Assembly: GCA_030648615.1 (NCBI GenBank)
Contig: JAUSHJ010000042.1
Coordinates: 1-61,590 of the forward strand
DNA: 61,590 nucleotides
Source: Candidatus Micrarchaeota archaeon
Lineage (GTDB): Archaea; Micrarchaeota; Micrarchaeia; Anstonellales; Bilamarchaeaceae
Reading direction: 5' to 3'
This document shows, piece by piece, positions 48,221 through 57,268 of this stretch; position 1 is the first letter of the stretch, and every line of letters begins with the position of its first letter. Below the pieces are notes generated by a model. It worked only from the letters and a program-made list of their open reading frames with translations, searched no databases and was not told the origin of the DNA. Position numbers and translations under genes: made by a program.

Positions 48221-49114
48221 ATGAGGAGAGTTGTAGATAAACAAACGGAGTTTACTCAAAGAGTATATGAGGTTGCAAAAGATCCATCACTGAGCAATAG
48301 ACAGGCAAAAAAACGACTTATTGAATTAGCAAGAGCTCATTTATCGCAACTTGAATCAGATGGTTTTTTATTTGATAATGGCTGGTCAAAAAAAGGAAGA
48401 GTCATTGGAAATGTAAAAATAAATCCGGGATTGGTAGGAGTTGTAATCGCAGCCGGGAAAATACAATCTCGTGCACGATTACCTGGAAGACATTTTGTTT
48501 TTCCACTATGGGAAATAAAAACTCTTAATACAACTATCCAAGGTTTTAATGATTCCTATGAATTGCCATGCAAATCCGGGCTATTAACAACTATTTCAAT
48601 AAAATTAAGATATTCGCTTTTACCTGAAAAGGCTCCGTGGATTTATGAAAGAACAATGGGAAATTATAGTGAATTACTTATTGAACCGATAATACTTCAG
48701 GTAGCCAGAGAGATTTTATCTCAAACCGAAGAAACAAAGGTTATAGGAGAGGCGATTCGCTCAAACATCGCACAGACGCTAATAATTGTGCTTGAAAAAA
48801 TTGGGTTCCGTATGAATCAAGTAGCTATCCAGACAAGATTACCAGAACCAGTAGAAAAAATAGTTTATGCTAACAGACAAGCAGAGGTAAAAAGAGCTAA
48901 AGCCCATGGAACCGCAGATGCTACTAGAATTAATGCAGGTGCTAATGCTTATGCTGCAGGTCTGATGAATTCGCCCGAAGTTATAACTCCAGAGTTATTG
49001 AGAAGAATATCTCTAGAACACCCTGGATCGTTAAATGCGATGGCAGCATCACGAATTGCTGATAAAGTAATAGACTTAGCTGGAATTTACTTGAAAAGAC
49101 AAGGTCGCATATGA
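48221..49114 (+). CDS. SPFH/band-7 (stomatin/prohibitin-like) protein
   Basis: 'PGRHFVFPLWEI', 'LPEPVEKIVYANRQAEVKRAKAHGTADATRINAGA'. Confidence 0.65.
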   Translation: MRRVVDKQTEFTQRVYEVAKDPSLSNRQAKKRLIELARAHLSQLESDGFLFDNGWSKKGRVIGNVKINPGLVGVVIAAGKIQSRARLPGRHFVFPLWEIKTLNTTIQGFNDSYELPCKSGLLTTISIKLRYSLLPEKAPWIYERTMGNYSELLIEPIILQVAREILSQTEETKVIGEAIRSNIAQTLIIVLEKIGFRMNQVAIQTRLPEPVEKIVYANRQAEVKRAKAHGTADATRINAGANAYAAGLMNSPEVITPELLRRISLEHPGSLNAMAASRIADKVIDLAGIYLKRQGRI

Positions 49115-50283
49115 GGTTTTTTATGACAACGTTAAGACAAAGAACACTAGGCGCGATAAAACAACGAAGAACTGGAGATGGCCTAGCTAAATTTATTATG
49201 AATGAAGCACGAAAGGAAAAAATGAAGACTTTTTTAACCTGGTTCGGTGCAGCAGCTATTTTAAGTACATCTTTAGTTTTTGCTTACCGCAAAGAGCTTG
49301 GTTTTGTAGCAGAACCTGAAAAAGCTGATGGTGGCACAACAGAAATCTCTGAAGTTGTAAAACCAAGTTTAGAACTAACGAAAGAAAATGTAATTTGGAG
49401 ATATGTTTTTCGTGATAGATTTGATACACCTGAAGCAATAGATATAAAGGAAAATGCAATTAGAATAATAATAGAGCTTCACGCACCTTATCCTAATGTA
49501 AGTTTGGCTATAGTTAAAGGAGAATTAGATAAGTATACTGGAACGTTTAAAAGAATGCCTTTCCCTGATAATGCTAAATTATTAGAACAAATACCTGGCG
49601 ACCCAGATGAATTTAAAATAGGTAATATAAAACCTGCTCAAGAAGTAATTTATCGCTATAAATGCAGTAAACCGCCTTGCGATGACTCTATACGAAACAT
49701 GAAAATACGTTGTGAATCTGGTATGCTAAGGGCAATTGAAGACAATAAAATAGTGTGGAGTTTTGATACGCATTTGTGTGAAGAGGTTGGAGGTATTATC
49801 GATATTTCTACTATTGGAATACGAACAACACGTGTTATGCAGTCTGGCTCAGATAGGATATACTACCAGCCCGGAGGAAACTTTCTAATATTAGTTAGTG
49901 GAGATAAAATAGAATTGAGATCTTTAGATGATGGTTCCGTATTCTGGAGTTATGATTACAGAAACAAGGATCACCCTGAAAATTACCCTGAAGATATAAT
50001 AAAACCATATGTACCACGTATTTATGGAAACAAGTTAGTATTAGGATTGCCAAGTGAAGAATATGACTTGGTTGTGCTCAACATCGTTAATGGAAAGAAA
50101 ATATTTACAGCTAACACTAGAAACCTAATTAGTCGTGATAGCCAGTATGCAGTTGGACCGAACAGAGATCTAGCGTATGTAGTCGGAATGGAAGGAGATA
50201 TAATTTATCTTGCATCGAGTAAAGAAATTGCAGCTTTCAGAATTCCCACCGCTAAACAACCAGATGCGAAACCAGATGAATAA
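49111..50283 (+). CDS. membrane-anchored beta-propeller-like protein (PQQ/WD-like repeats), co-transcribed with the SPFH gene
   Basis: N-terminal TM helix. Repeated 'IVWSFD' / 'VFWSYDY' blades. ATGA overlap with the upstream gene. Confidence 0.4.
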   Translation: MRFFMTTLRQRTLGAIKQRRTGDGLAKFIMNEARKEKMKTFLTWFGAAAILSTSLVFAYRKELGFVAEPEKADGGTTEISEVVKPSLELTKENVIWRYVFRDRFDTPEAIDIKENAIRIIIELHAPYPNVSLAIVKGELDKYTGTFKRMPFPDNAKLLEQIPGDPDEFKIGNIKPAQEVIYRYKCSKPPCDDSIRNMKIRCESGMLRAIEDNKIVWSFDTHLCEEVGGIIDISTIGIRTTRVMQSGSDRIYYQPGGNFLILVSGDKIELRSLDDGSVFWSYDYRNKDHPENYPEDIIKPYVPRIYGNKLVLGLPSEEYDLVVLNIVNGKKIFTANTRNLISRDSQYAVGPNRDLAYVVGMEGDIIYLASSKEIAAFRIPTAKQPDAKPDE

Positions 50284-50401
50284 TGAATATTTTTATTTTA
50301 TATAATAGAACCAACAACTGCTCAAACGTAACCTCTCCCATTTTTAATGTTTCCATTACTAAGTTTGGAATATCAACTTTTAACTTAGAGAAGGTCAAAT
50401 C

Positions 50402-52471
50402 ATGGCAGATATAGAACTAATCGTCGCAGAAAAACCAAAAGTAGCACAAAAGATAGCTGAAGCTATAGGTGAAGGAATAACTCAGAAAAAACTCGGAAAA
50501 ATAAGCTACTACGAAGGTAAAGCAAATGGAAAACATATATTAGTTGCACCTGCAGTTGGACATATTTACTCATTAGCACAGAAAGAAAAAACTAATGATT
50601 ATCCTGTTTTTGACATAGAATGGAAGCCAGCATACGAGGTAGACAAAGGCGCAGATTATACTAAACAATATATAGACCTATTAGAAAAACTATCAAAAAA
50701 AGCAACTTCTTTCGTGAGCGCATGCGACTACGATATAGAAGGCAGCACCATAGCATGGAATGTCTATAGATTCACATCAGCCAACGGAAAAGAAGCTTCG
50801 AGAATGAAATTTTCGGCAGTTACAACTGCGGATTTGAAAGATGCCTATGAAACCAGAGGAGAAATGGACTATAATAATGCACATGCTGGTGAAGCAAGGC
50901 ATATCCTCGATTGGTATTATGGTATTAATCTATCTAGGGCATTAATGGCAGCAGTAAAAAGCGTGGATCGCTGGAAAGTTATGAGTATAGGAAGAGTACA
51001 GGGACCGTCATTAGGGTTACTTACAGAATTAGAAAGAAAAATTGCAGCATTTGTTCCTACACCCTATTGGGAGTTAAGTATCTGGATAAAGGATATAGAG
51101 TTCAAACACGCTAAAGGCAAATTCCTTGATGAAAAAGAAGCGAAGAAAGCATCTGATAATACTAAAGATAAAGGGACAGTTACAAAAGTAGAAAAGAAAG
51201 AAAATTTACTCTATCAATACCCTCCTTTTGATTTGACGAGTTTGCAAGTGGAAGCATACAAAGTATTTGGTTATGTGCCAACTAGAACTTTAGATATTGC
51301 ACAGAAATTGTATGAAGGATCTCTAATAACATATCCAAGAACAAGTTCACAACAATTTCCCCCAACCATAAAACTTACGCCAATAATAAAAAAACTTGCA
51401 GCACAGGAAAAATATGCTGATTCTGCAAAATATCTTATAGATAATAGTTTATTCAAACCACTGCAAGGCAAAAAAACTGACCCTGCTCACCCTGCAATTC
51501 ACCCAACTGGCTCTGCACCAAGCGGCATAAGCGAACAGGAAATGAGATTATATGATTTAATAGTAAAAAGATTCCTGGCATTATTTGCACCACCAGCAAA
51601 ACGAGAAAAAACTAATCTGGAAGTAACTGGCGGAGAAATTTACGTCGCAGATGGCATGAGAATTGTGGAAAAAGGATGGATTAACTTTTACGCTCCTTAC
51701 TATAAAGGCGAAGATATTGAATTGCCTAAGTTTGAACAGAACGAAACAGTAACATTGGAAAAGAAAAAGAAAACTAAAAAGGAAACAAAACCACCAAACC
51801 GTTATACCGAAGCAAGTGTAATAAGTGAACTGGAAGACAGACACCTTGGTACCAAAGCTACTCGGGCAACAATTGTTGAAACGCTTTTCAAAAGACAATA
51901 CGTAGAAGGAAAAAGCATAAAGGTCACTGATTTTGGACTCAAAGTAATTGACGTGCTTCAGAAATATGCTCCAGAAATATTAGATGAAAATCTTACAAGA
52001 AGAATAGAAGACAATATGGAAAAGATACAAGACGGAAGCATGGCAAAAGAAGCCGTAATAAAAGAAGGGAAGGAAATTTTAGTACAGATACTTGATAAGT
52101 GGAAGAAAAACGAGCACAAAATAGGCACAGACCTCATGGGTGCATTGCAAGCAAGTCAAGAAAAACAAAGTTTTATTGGTAAGTGCGACAAATGCCCAGA
52201 TGGAAATCTCAAAATAATAAGAATGAAAATGGGTAAACAATTCATAGGATGCAGCAGCTACCCTAATTGCAGAAATGCTTACCCTCTACCTGGAAGTGCA
52301 TTTATTACAGTAATGGAGAAACCGTGTGAAGCTTGCAAAAAACCAGTAATTAACGTAGTGAGAAAAGGATTGCGACCTTTCAGCATGTGCATTGACCCTC
52401 AATGTCCTTCAAAGGCTAACTGGGGAAAGCCAAAAGAACAGAAAAAAGATGAACCAAAAAAGATCGAATAA
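50402..52471 (+). CDS. topA: DNA topoisomerase I (type IA) with C-terminal zinc ribbons
   Basis: TOPRIM 'ELIVAEKP'. Active-site 'ITYPRTSSQQ'. C-terminal CxxC pairs. Confidence 0.85.
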   Translation: MADIELIVAEKPKVAQKIAEAIGEGITQKKLGKISYYEGKANGKHILVAPAVGHIYSLAQKEKTNDYPVFDIEWKPAYEVDKGADYTKQYIDLLEKLSKKATSFVSACDYDIEGSTIAWNVYRFTSANGKEASRMKFSAVTTADLKDAYETRGEMDYNNAHAGEARHILDWYYGINLSRALMAAVKSVDRWKVMSIGRVQGPSLGLLTELERKIAAFVPTPYWELSIWIKDIEFKHAKGKFLDEKEAKKASDNTKDKGTVTKVEKKENLLYQYPPFDLTSLQVEAYKVFGYVPTRTLDIAQKLYEGSLITYPRTSSQQFPPTIKLTPIIKKLAAQEKYADSAKYLIDNSLFKPLQGKKTDPAHPAIHPTGSAPSGISEQEMRLYDLIVKRFLALFAPPAKREKTNLEVTGGEIYVADGMRIVEKGWINFYAPYYKGEDIELPKFEQNETVTLEKKKKTKKETKPPNRYTEASVISELEDRHLGTKATRATIVETLFKRQYVEGKSIKVTDFGLKVIDVLQKYAPEILDENLTRRIEDNMEKIQDGSMAKEAVIKEGKEILVQILDKWKKNEHKIGTDLMGALQASQEKQSFIGKCDKCPDGNLKIIRMKMGKQFIGCSSYPNCRNAYPLPGSAFITVMEKPCEACKKPVINVVRKGLRPFSMCIDPQCPSKANWGKPKEQKKDEPKKIE

Positions 52472-52486
52472 TACCAAGGGACACAT

Positions 52487-53680
52487 ATGAGAAAGATTAG
52501 TGAAATAAACGTAAAAGGAAAAAAACTAATTGTCCGAGTAGACCTCAACTCACCAATAGAAGGTGGAGAAATTCAGGTAAATCCTAGAATGCACGCTCAT
52601 GCAGCCACGATTGCAAAACTTAGCAATGCTGGTGCCAAGGTCATAGTAATTGCTCACCAGGGAAGAAGGGGAGATGATGATTTTACTCACTTGCATAGGC
52701 ACACTGAATTACTAAAGGAAATAACAGGAAAACATCAGATGAGCTTCATCGATGACGTGATTGGTGAAAAAGCTAAATCTGCTTTAGCAACTATGAAAGA
52801 TGGAGATATTGTAATACTAGATAATGTGAGAATGCTTAACGATGAAACCAAGGAAAAATGTAATGGACAAATAGTTAAAGAACTTACACCACTTGCTGAT
52901 TATTTTGTACTTGATGCATTATCCATTGCACATCGTGGACATGCGAGCGTAGTAGGTTTTGCAGAGGTTTTGCCTAGTTTTATGGGATATGTTCTCGCAG
53001 CAGAAGTAAGTGCAATTGAAAAAGTAAAAAATAGTAAAAATGTAACATTTTTCTTTGGTGGATCTAAAGTAGAAGAATCATTTGACATTCTTAGGCACTG
53101 GTTGAATGAAGAAAAAGTGAATAAAGTACTGGTTGGCGGGGCACTTTCTATTCTTTTAATTTATTCTGCAGGATATGGTGTTGCAGATTCCTATGAATTT
53201 CTTGAAGAAGGTGGATTGCTAAAATTCGTCGATGAAGCAAGAGAAATACTAAATAAGTTTGCAGATAAAATTGTTTTGCCGATTGATTTTGGAATTAGCA
53301 TTGGTGAAGAAAGAAGGGAAGTTGATTTTGACAAAGTAACCCATGGACAGATATTTGACATTGGTGAAAAAACGATTGCTAATTATGCGAAAATAATTTC
53401 AGAAGCACAGACAATAGTTGCCAATGGCCCTGCTGGAGTTTACGAGTTAGAGAAGTTTGGCAAAGGAACTAAAGGAATTCTTAGTGCAATAGCAAATAGC
53501 AAAGGATTTTCACTCCTTGGTGGAGGACACACTATTACTGCAATAGAGAAGTTCAAATTGCCTAAGGAGAAGTTTGGTTATGTTAGCTTGTCAGGCAAAG
53601 CACTTATTGAATATCTGTCTGGAAAAGAGATTGCTGGATTGAAAGCACTTGAAGAGAGTGAGAAGAAGTTTAAGGTTTAA
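52487..53680 (+). CDS. pgk: phosphoglycerate kinase
   Basis: 'LIVRVDLNSP', 'ILDNVRM', 'GGGHT'. 397 aa. Confidence 0.85.
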   Translation: MRKISEINVKGKKLIVRVDLNSPIEGGEIQVNPRMHAHAATIAKLSNAGAKVIVIAHQGRRGDDDFTHLHRHTELLKEITGKHQMSFIDDVIGEKAKSALATMKDGDIVILDNVRMLNDETKEKCNGQIVKELTPLADYFVLDALSIAHRGHASVVGFAEVLPSFMGYVLAAEVSAIEKVKNSKNVTFFFGGSKVEESFDILRHWLNEEKVNKVLVGGALSILLIYSAGYGVADSYEFLEEGGLLKFVDEAREILNKFADKIVLPIDFGISIGEERREVDFDKVTHGQIFDIGEKTIANYAKIISEAQTIVANGPAGVYELEKFGKGTKGILSAIANSKGFSLLGGGHTITAIEKFKLPKEKFGYVSLSGKALIEYLSGKEIAGLKALEESEKKFKV

Positions 53681-53763
53681 TCACTGATTGCTAGATAGTA
53701 GATGTAGAAGCTTGAAACTATAGGTAGTAAACAAAACTCCGGACTGAAACATTTATATTTTTG

Positions 53764-53772
53764 CCCCCCCCC
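53764..53772. repeat. C9 homopolymer tract upstream of a small ORF
   Basis: 'ttgCCCCCCCCCtaatt', read directly. Unusual in an AT-rich genome. Confidence 0.6.
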
Positions 53773-53793
53773 TAATTATCTTGGTGATATAAT

Positions 53794-54054
53794 ATGCCAA
53801 GTCCAATACCAAGACCAGTAAAACAAGGAGTAGAAGAATTTTTTCAATCAGTTAACGTTGAATTTGGACACAATACTTTTGATTACCAACGGAATGGACA
53901 AACCACAACTTCTACTGCAACCGGAGACTTCGTATTCCTAATTCGTGGAGAAGATATGAAAGTAAGATTTGGATTGAGAGAAGTAACTAGCAAAGAAATA
54001 AGGTATGATATGTCCGATAAAACATATTATGCAAAGCTTCCTAATGGGAAATGA
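53794..54054 (+). CDS. small hypothetical protein
   Basis: 86 aa. 'FDYQRNGQTTTST' resembles 'FDYIKYGQVNQTTVSS' of the next ORF. Confidence 0.35.
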   Translation: MPSPIPRPVKQGVEEFFQSVNVEFGHNTFDYQRNGQTTTSTATGDFVFLIRGEDMKVRFGLREVTSKEIRYDMSDKTYYAKLPNGK

Positions 54055-54135
54055 GATGTATTCCAAAGCACAAATGATTTTCTTGACTTCAGTTGTAAAG
54101 GATCAGATAATTCTTGGGTCAATGTCAAATTAAAA

Positions 54136-54450
54136 TTGGAGTCTAATGAAGGTAGTTTTGATTATATAAAATACGGTCAAGTAAACCAGACTACTGTAAG
54201 TTCTAATAAGTTTATAGACATAAAAACTGACGAACGTTCTGGAAATCAGATAGAAATAGGCGCAGTTTACATCGCTAACCTTGGCAGAACCGTAAGATAT
54301 ACTGACCAGCAAGAACCTGCAATTCTAGTGGAAATGCCAAATAGAAAATGGTTAGGTGGATCTGATAGCTCTGGGAACTTCTTAAGTCAAATAATTTATA
54401 GACAACATGAAACTGGAAAAAGTGTGAAACTGAATCTTCAGAGACCATAA
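54136..54450 (+). CDS. small hypothetical protein, weak paralogue of the preceding ORF
   Basis: 104-aa ORF. Confidence 0.35.
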   Translation: MESNEGSFDYIKYGQVNQTTVSSNKFIDIKTDERSGNQIEIGAVYIANLGRTVRYTDQQEPAILVEMPNRKWLGGSDSSGNFLSQIIYRQHETGKSVKLNLQRP

Positions 54451-54529
54451 ATTGTCGACAAAAGATAGTTTTATATACTTTTTCTACTAATCATACTTAG
54501 TATACAAAATATACTAAGACGGTGAAACT

Positions 54530-54799
54530 ATGACAGAGTACATTTCAAAGAAAATACCTCGAGAAACAGATGTTGTATTGAAATATGTTCAGGCACACTA
54601 CCAACTTGAGAAAGGTGCAAAAGCAACTGAAGCAGAAGTACTGGATTATGCAATAAAGCATGTCGCAGAAGAACAGTATGGTTATGCAACTAAGAAAAAA
54701 GTCAGAAATGGTTTAGGTTTATTGGGCGGTGCGGGAATTATAAAAGGAGGCAAAAAAAGCTCTTCTGAAGATATAGACACGATAGTCTATGGGATTTGA
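54530..54799 (+). CDS. putative antitoxin of the second VapBC-like pair
   Basis: 89-aa ORF. Its stop abuts the PIN gene start (tgaATG). Confidence 0.4.
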   Translation: MTEYISKKIPRETDVVLKYVQAHYQLEKGAKATEAEVLDYAIKHVAEEQYGYATKKKVRNGLGLLGGAGIIKGGKKSSSEDIDTIVYGI

Positions 54800-55183
54800 A
54801 TGATACTACTTGATGCAGATTTCTTGATTGCTTATTTCAGAGAAAATGACCAACAACACAACAGAGCAGTAGAGATAATGAAGAGCGTAAATGAAACTAC
54901 TTTTGTCACTACATCAATTATCAATGAGATTTTTACATATATAAAGGCTAGAGATGGCGGTAAGAAAACCAGAGAAGTTTGGGAATGGATAAAAAATTCA
55001 GACATAGAAATAATTGAAATAAACAGGATAATTGAAGAGATAATATATTATGTAGAAAAATTCGATGGCTTGAGTTTCGGAGATGCGAGCAATATTGCCA
55101 TTATGAAACAACTTGGTATTGAAAGAATTGTTTCCTTCGATTCTGATTTTGATATTATACCTGGAATTCGTAGGATTTACTGA
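54800..55183 (+). CDS. PIN-domain ribonuclease (VapC-like toxin)
   Basis: 'ILLDADFLIAY' (Asp5), 'FGDASNIAI', 'SFDSDF'. Confidence 0.6.
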   Translation: MILLDADFLIAYFRENDQQHNRAVEIMKSVNETTFVTTSIINEIFTYIKARDGGKKTREVWEWIKNSDIEIIEINRIIEEIIYYVEKFDGLSFGDASNIAIMKQLGIERIVSFDSDFDIIPGIRRIY

Positions 55184-57141
55184 GGCTCGTAAGTACATGT
55201 AGTTTCATCAGTGCTAAATGTAAACTGCGCCTTACCTACACGATTTGCAATTAATTGCTGAATGCTTCTAGTATATACTGCTTGCAGAATTGACCCCCTC
55301 TCATTTATGTAACCAGCGTCTATTCCTACAAGATCTAGAGAGGAATCGACTGCACCGTCATTATATGCGAATACAGCTACAAAAGTCTTAGTTGCATCAT
55401 CAGCAATTATTTTTGTAAACGAATATCTGCCAGGATTATTACCACGATGAATAAATCTAGGATCCACATTTGTCGGAACTGTGTTTCCTCCTGATGGCTC
55501 TATGAAAAGAATTTGAAGCATTTGCTGATCGTGGGACAGGAAAATTGCTCCTTCGCCACCACCATTAAGTGAAGCTACAAAAGTATTCGGATTGCTTGGA
55601 AATATTTCTCTGAAAGTGTTATTTCCATCTGCACCAAGTTCTGCAAAAAGACGAAATTCCATGGGCGCATATATCAGATAGTTAGACACTGTTCCGTCAG
55701 GGAAACTTAGGAAATCCCTTGTAATAGAACGTATGCGAACATTGTAGGGAGTCACTATAGTTGTATTAATCGAATTTCCTTCTAACATAATACCAAATGA
55801 ACCATCTTCTATACTACTAGTGACATGGGTATAATCTCCAATATTTTCAGGATTAATATCTAGACCTTCGTAAGTAAAAGAATAACCTTTTCCGTTTCCT
55901 GATTGATCATAACCAACCCATCCGACAAGTGAGCCTGGAAGAAAATCATGTATTGTTGGAGGAGCTACATCTCTTCCGATTGCAACTATTTCTCCATTTT
56001 CATCTATAACAGTCTTGAGACCACTATCACCTGGATTGATGGCAAGTTGATCGATATGAGAAATAATAGCTATGTCTGCTGATTCCACATAAGGAAGAAA
56101 CGTAGTTTGTCCCACATAGTATTGCACTGTTCTTCCGTCTAAAGTAACTACGCTATTAACAGTGTACTCGGGAACTGTAGTTTCTCTTAGCAACTCCCCA
56201 CAACTATCAAATATTTTTAATGCAACTTCCCAATCAGCTCTAACATATTCAAGACTAATGGTAATACCAGTATTTGCACCGTCGTAATTTCCGTCAAGTA
56301 CCTCACTTGAATTTAATTTTCCAGAAACGACTATTTTAGCAAGCATATATGATCGATAATTGGAATCGTAAAGTATTTTTCTATTTTCTCCCATCCATTC
56401 TATTTCTGGTGCTTCTTCTATTTCTGTTTCCGGATGAATAAGTAGAGGTGGCAAAACAATTGCAGAATATGCAAACTGAGCACCTTGTTTCAAAACAATA
56501 GTATCATTTGCATCAGAATAGGCAGTTTCACCTTTCAAAAGCAAATGTTGGTATTCCGTATGAGTAACTCCTGTGGAGGTAGTAAAAGTATAATCAGCAA
56601 ATTCCGGAAGATTATTAACCAAGATAAATGGCGAATCCACACCTAGCAAACCTGAGAGGACTTCAATTTCGCTTCCGTCTTCATAATTACTGCTTCTCAG
56701 TGGAACTCCTATGTAATCGCTTGTTTCAGCAGTGCCAGTAGTAGTTGTATCACATCTTGTAGGTGAATTATAAGAAGTACATAAAATACCACCATCAGCA
56801 GTTGACCCACCGTCTTGTGATGATCCCCCGTCTCGTATCTCATGTCCTGCATCGTTATTGCAGATCGCTTCGCGACAGCCGATGCCACCATCTAATCTTT
56901 CAGAAGGTTCTACTGAAAAAACAGAATTGCGATTTGACAATGTGGTTACAGTTCTTATTGTATCATTGATAGTGCTATTATTTCTAGTTCCAGAATTACT
57001 GTTTTGAACACTAGAATCACCTAGAACGTCAGACTTATCTGTAAGCACGCATCCGTGACTAAAAAAAGCGGTTACCGTAAGTGTTACGGCAGCAATCGTT
57101 CTTCCGACTGTAGTTATTGGTTTAAAATGTAAAGTTTTCAT
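55177..57141 (-). CDS. large secreted or surface lipoprotein (paralogue 1)
   Basis: Signal peptide plus lipobox-like 'FFSHGC'. Low-complexity 'DGGSSQDGGSTADGG'. Many N-x-S/T sequons. Confidence 0.55.
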   Translation of the reverse strand: MKTLHFKPITTVGRTIAAVTLTVTAFFSHGCVLTDKSDVLGDSSVQNSNSGTRNNSTINDTIRTVTTLSNRNSVFSVEPSERLDGGIGCREAICNNDAGHEIRDGGSSQDGGSTADGGILCTSYNSPTRCDTTTTGTAETSDYIGVPLRSSNYEDGSEIEVLSGLLGVDSPFILVNNLPEFADYTFTTSTGVTHTEYQHLLLKGETAYSDANDTIVLKQGAQFAYSAIVLPPLLIHPETEIEEAPEIEWMGENRKILYDSNYRSYMLAKIVVSGKLNSSEVLDGNYDGANTGITISLEYVRADWEVALKIFDSCGELLRETTVPEYTVNSVVTLDGRTVQYYVGQTTFLPYVESADIAIISHIDQLAINPGDSGLKTVIDENGEIVAIGRDVAPPTIHDFLPGSLVGWVGYDQSGNGKGYSFTYEGLDINPENIGDYTHVTSSIEDGSFGIMLEGNSINTTIVTPYNVRIRSITRDFLSFPDGTVSNYLIYAPMEFRLFAELGADGNNTFREIFPSNPNTFVASLNGGGEGAIFLSHDQQMLQILFIEPSGGNTVPTNVDPRFIHRGNNPGRYSFTKIIADDATKTFVAVFAYNDGAVDSSLDLVGIDAGYINERGSILQAVYTRSIQQLIANRVGKAQFTFSTDETTCTYEPQ

Positions 57142-57268
57142 TTTAATCTCTTCAAATTAGTTATAATTAATGTTAATATATAGAAACGTGTTTATAAAGG
57201 AGTATATTGTAAAAAACACAAAAAGAATTGAATTTTTAAGAAGATTACAAAGAAATTTAAAATTAAAA

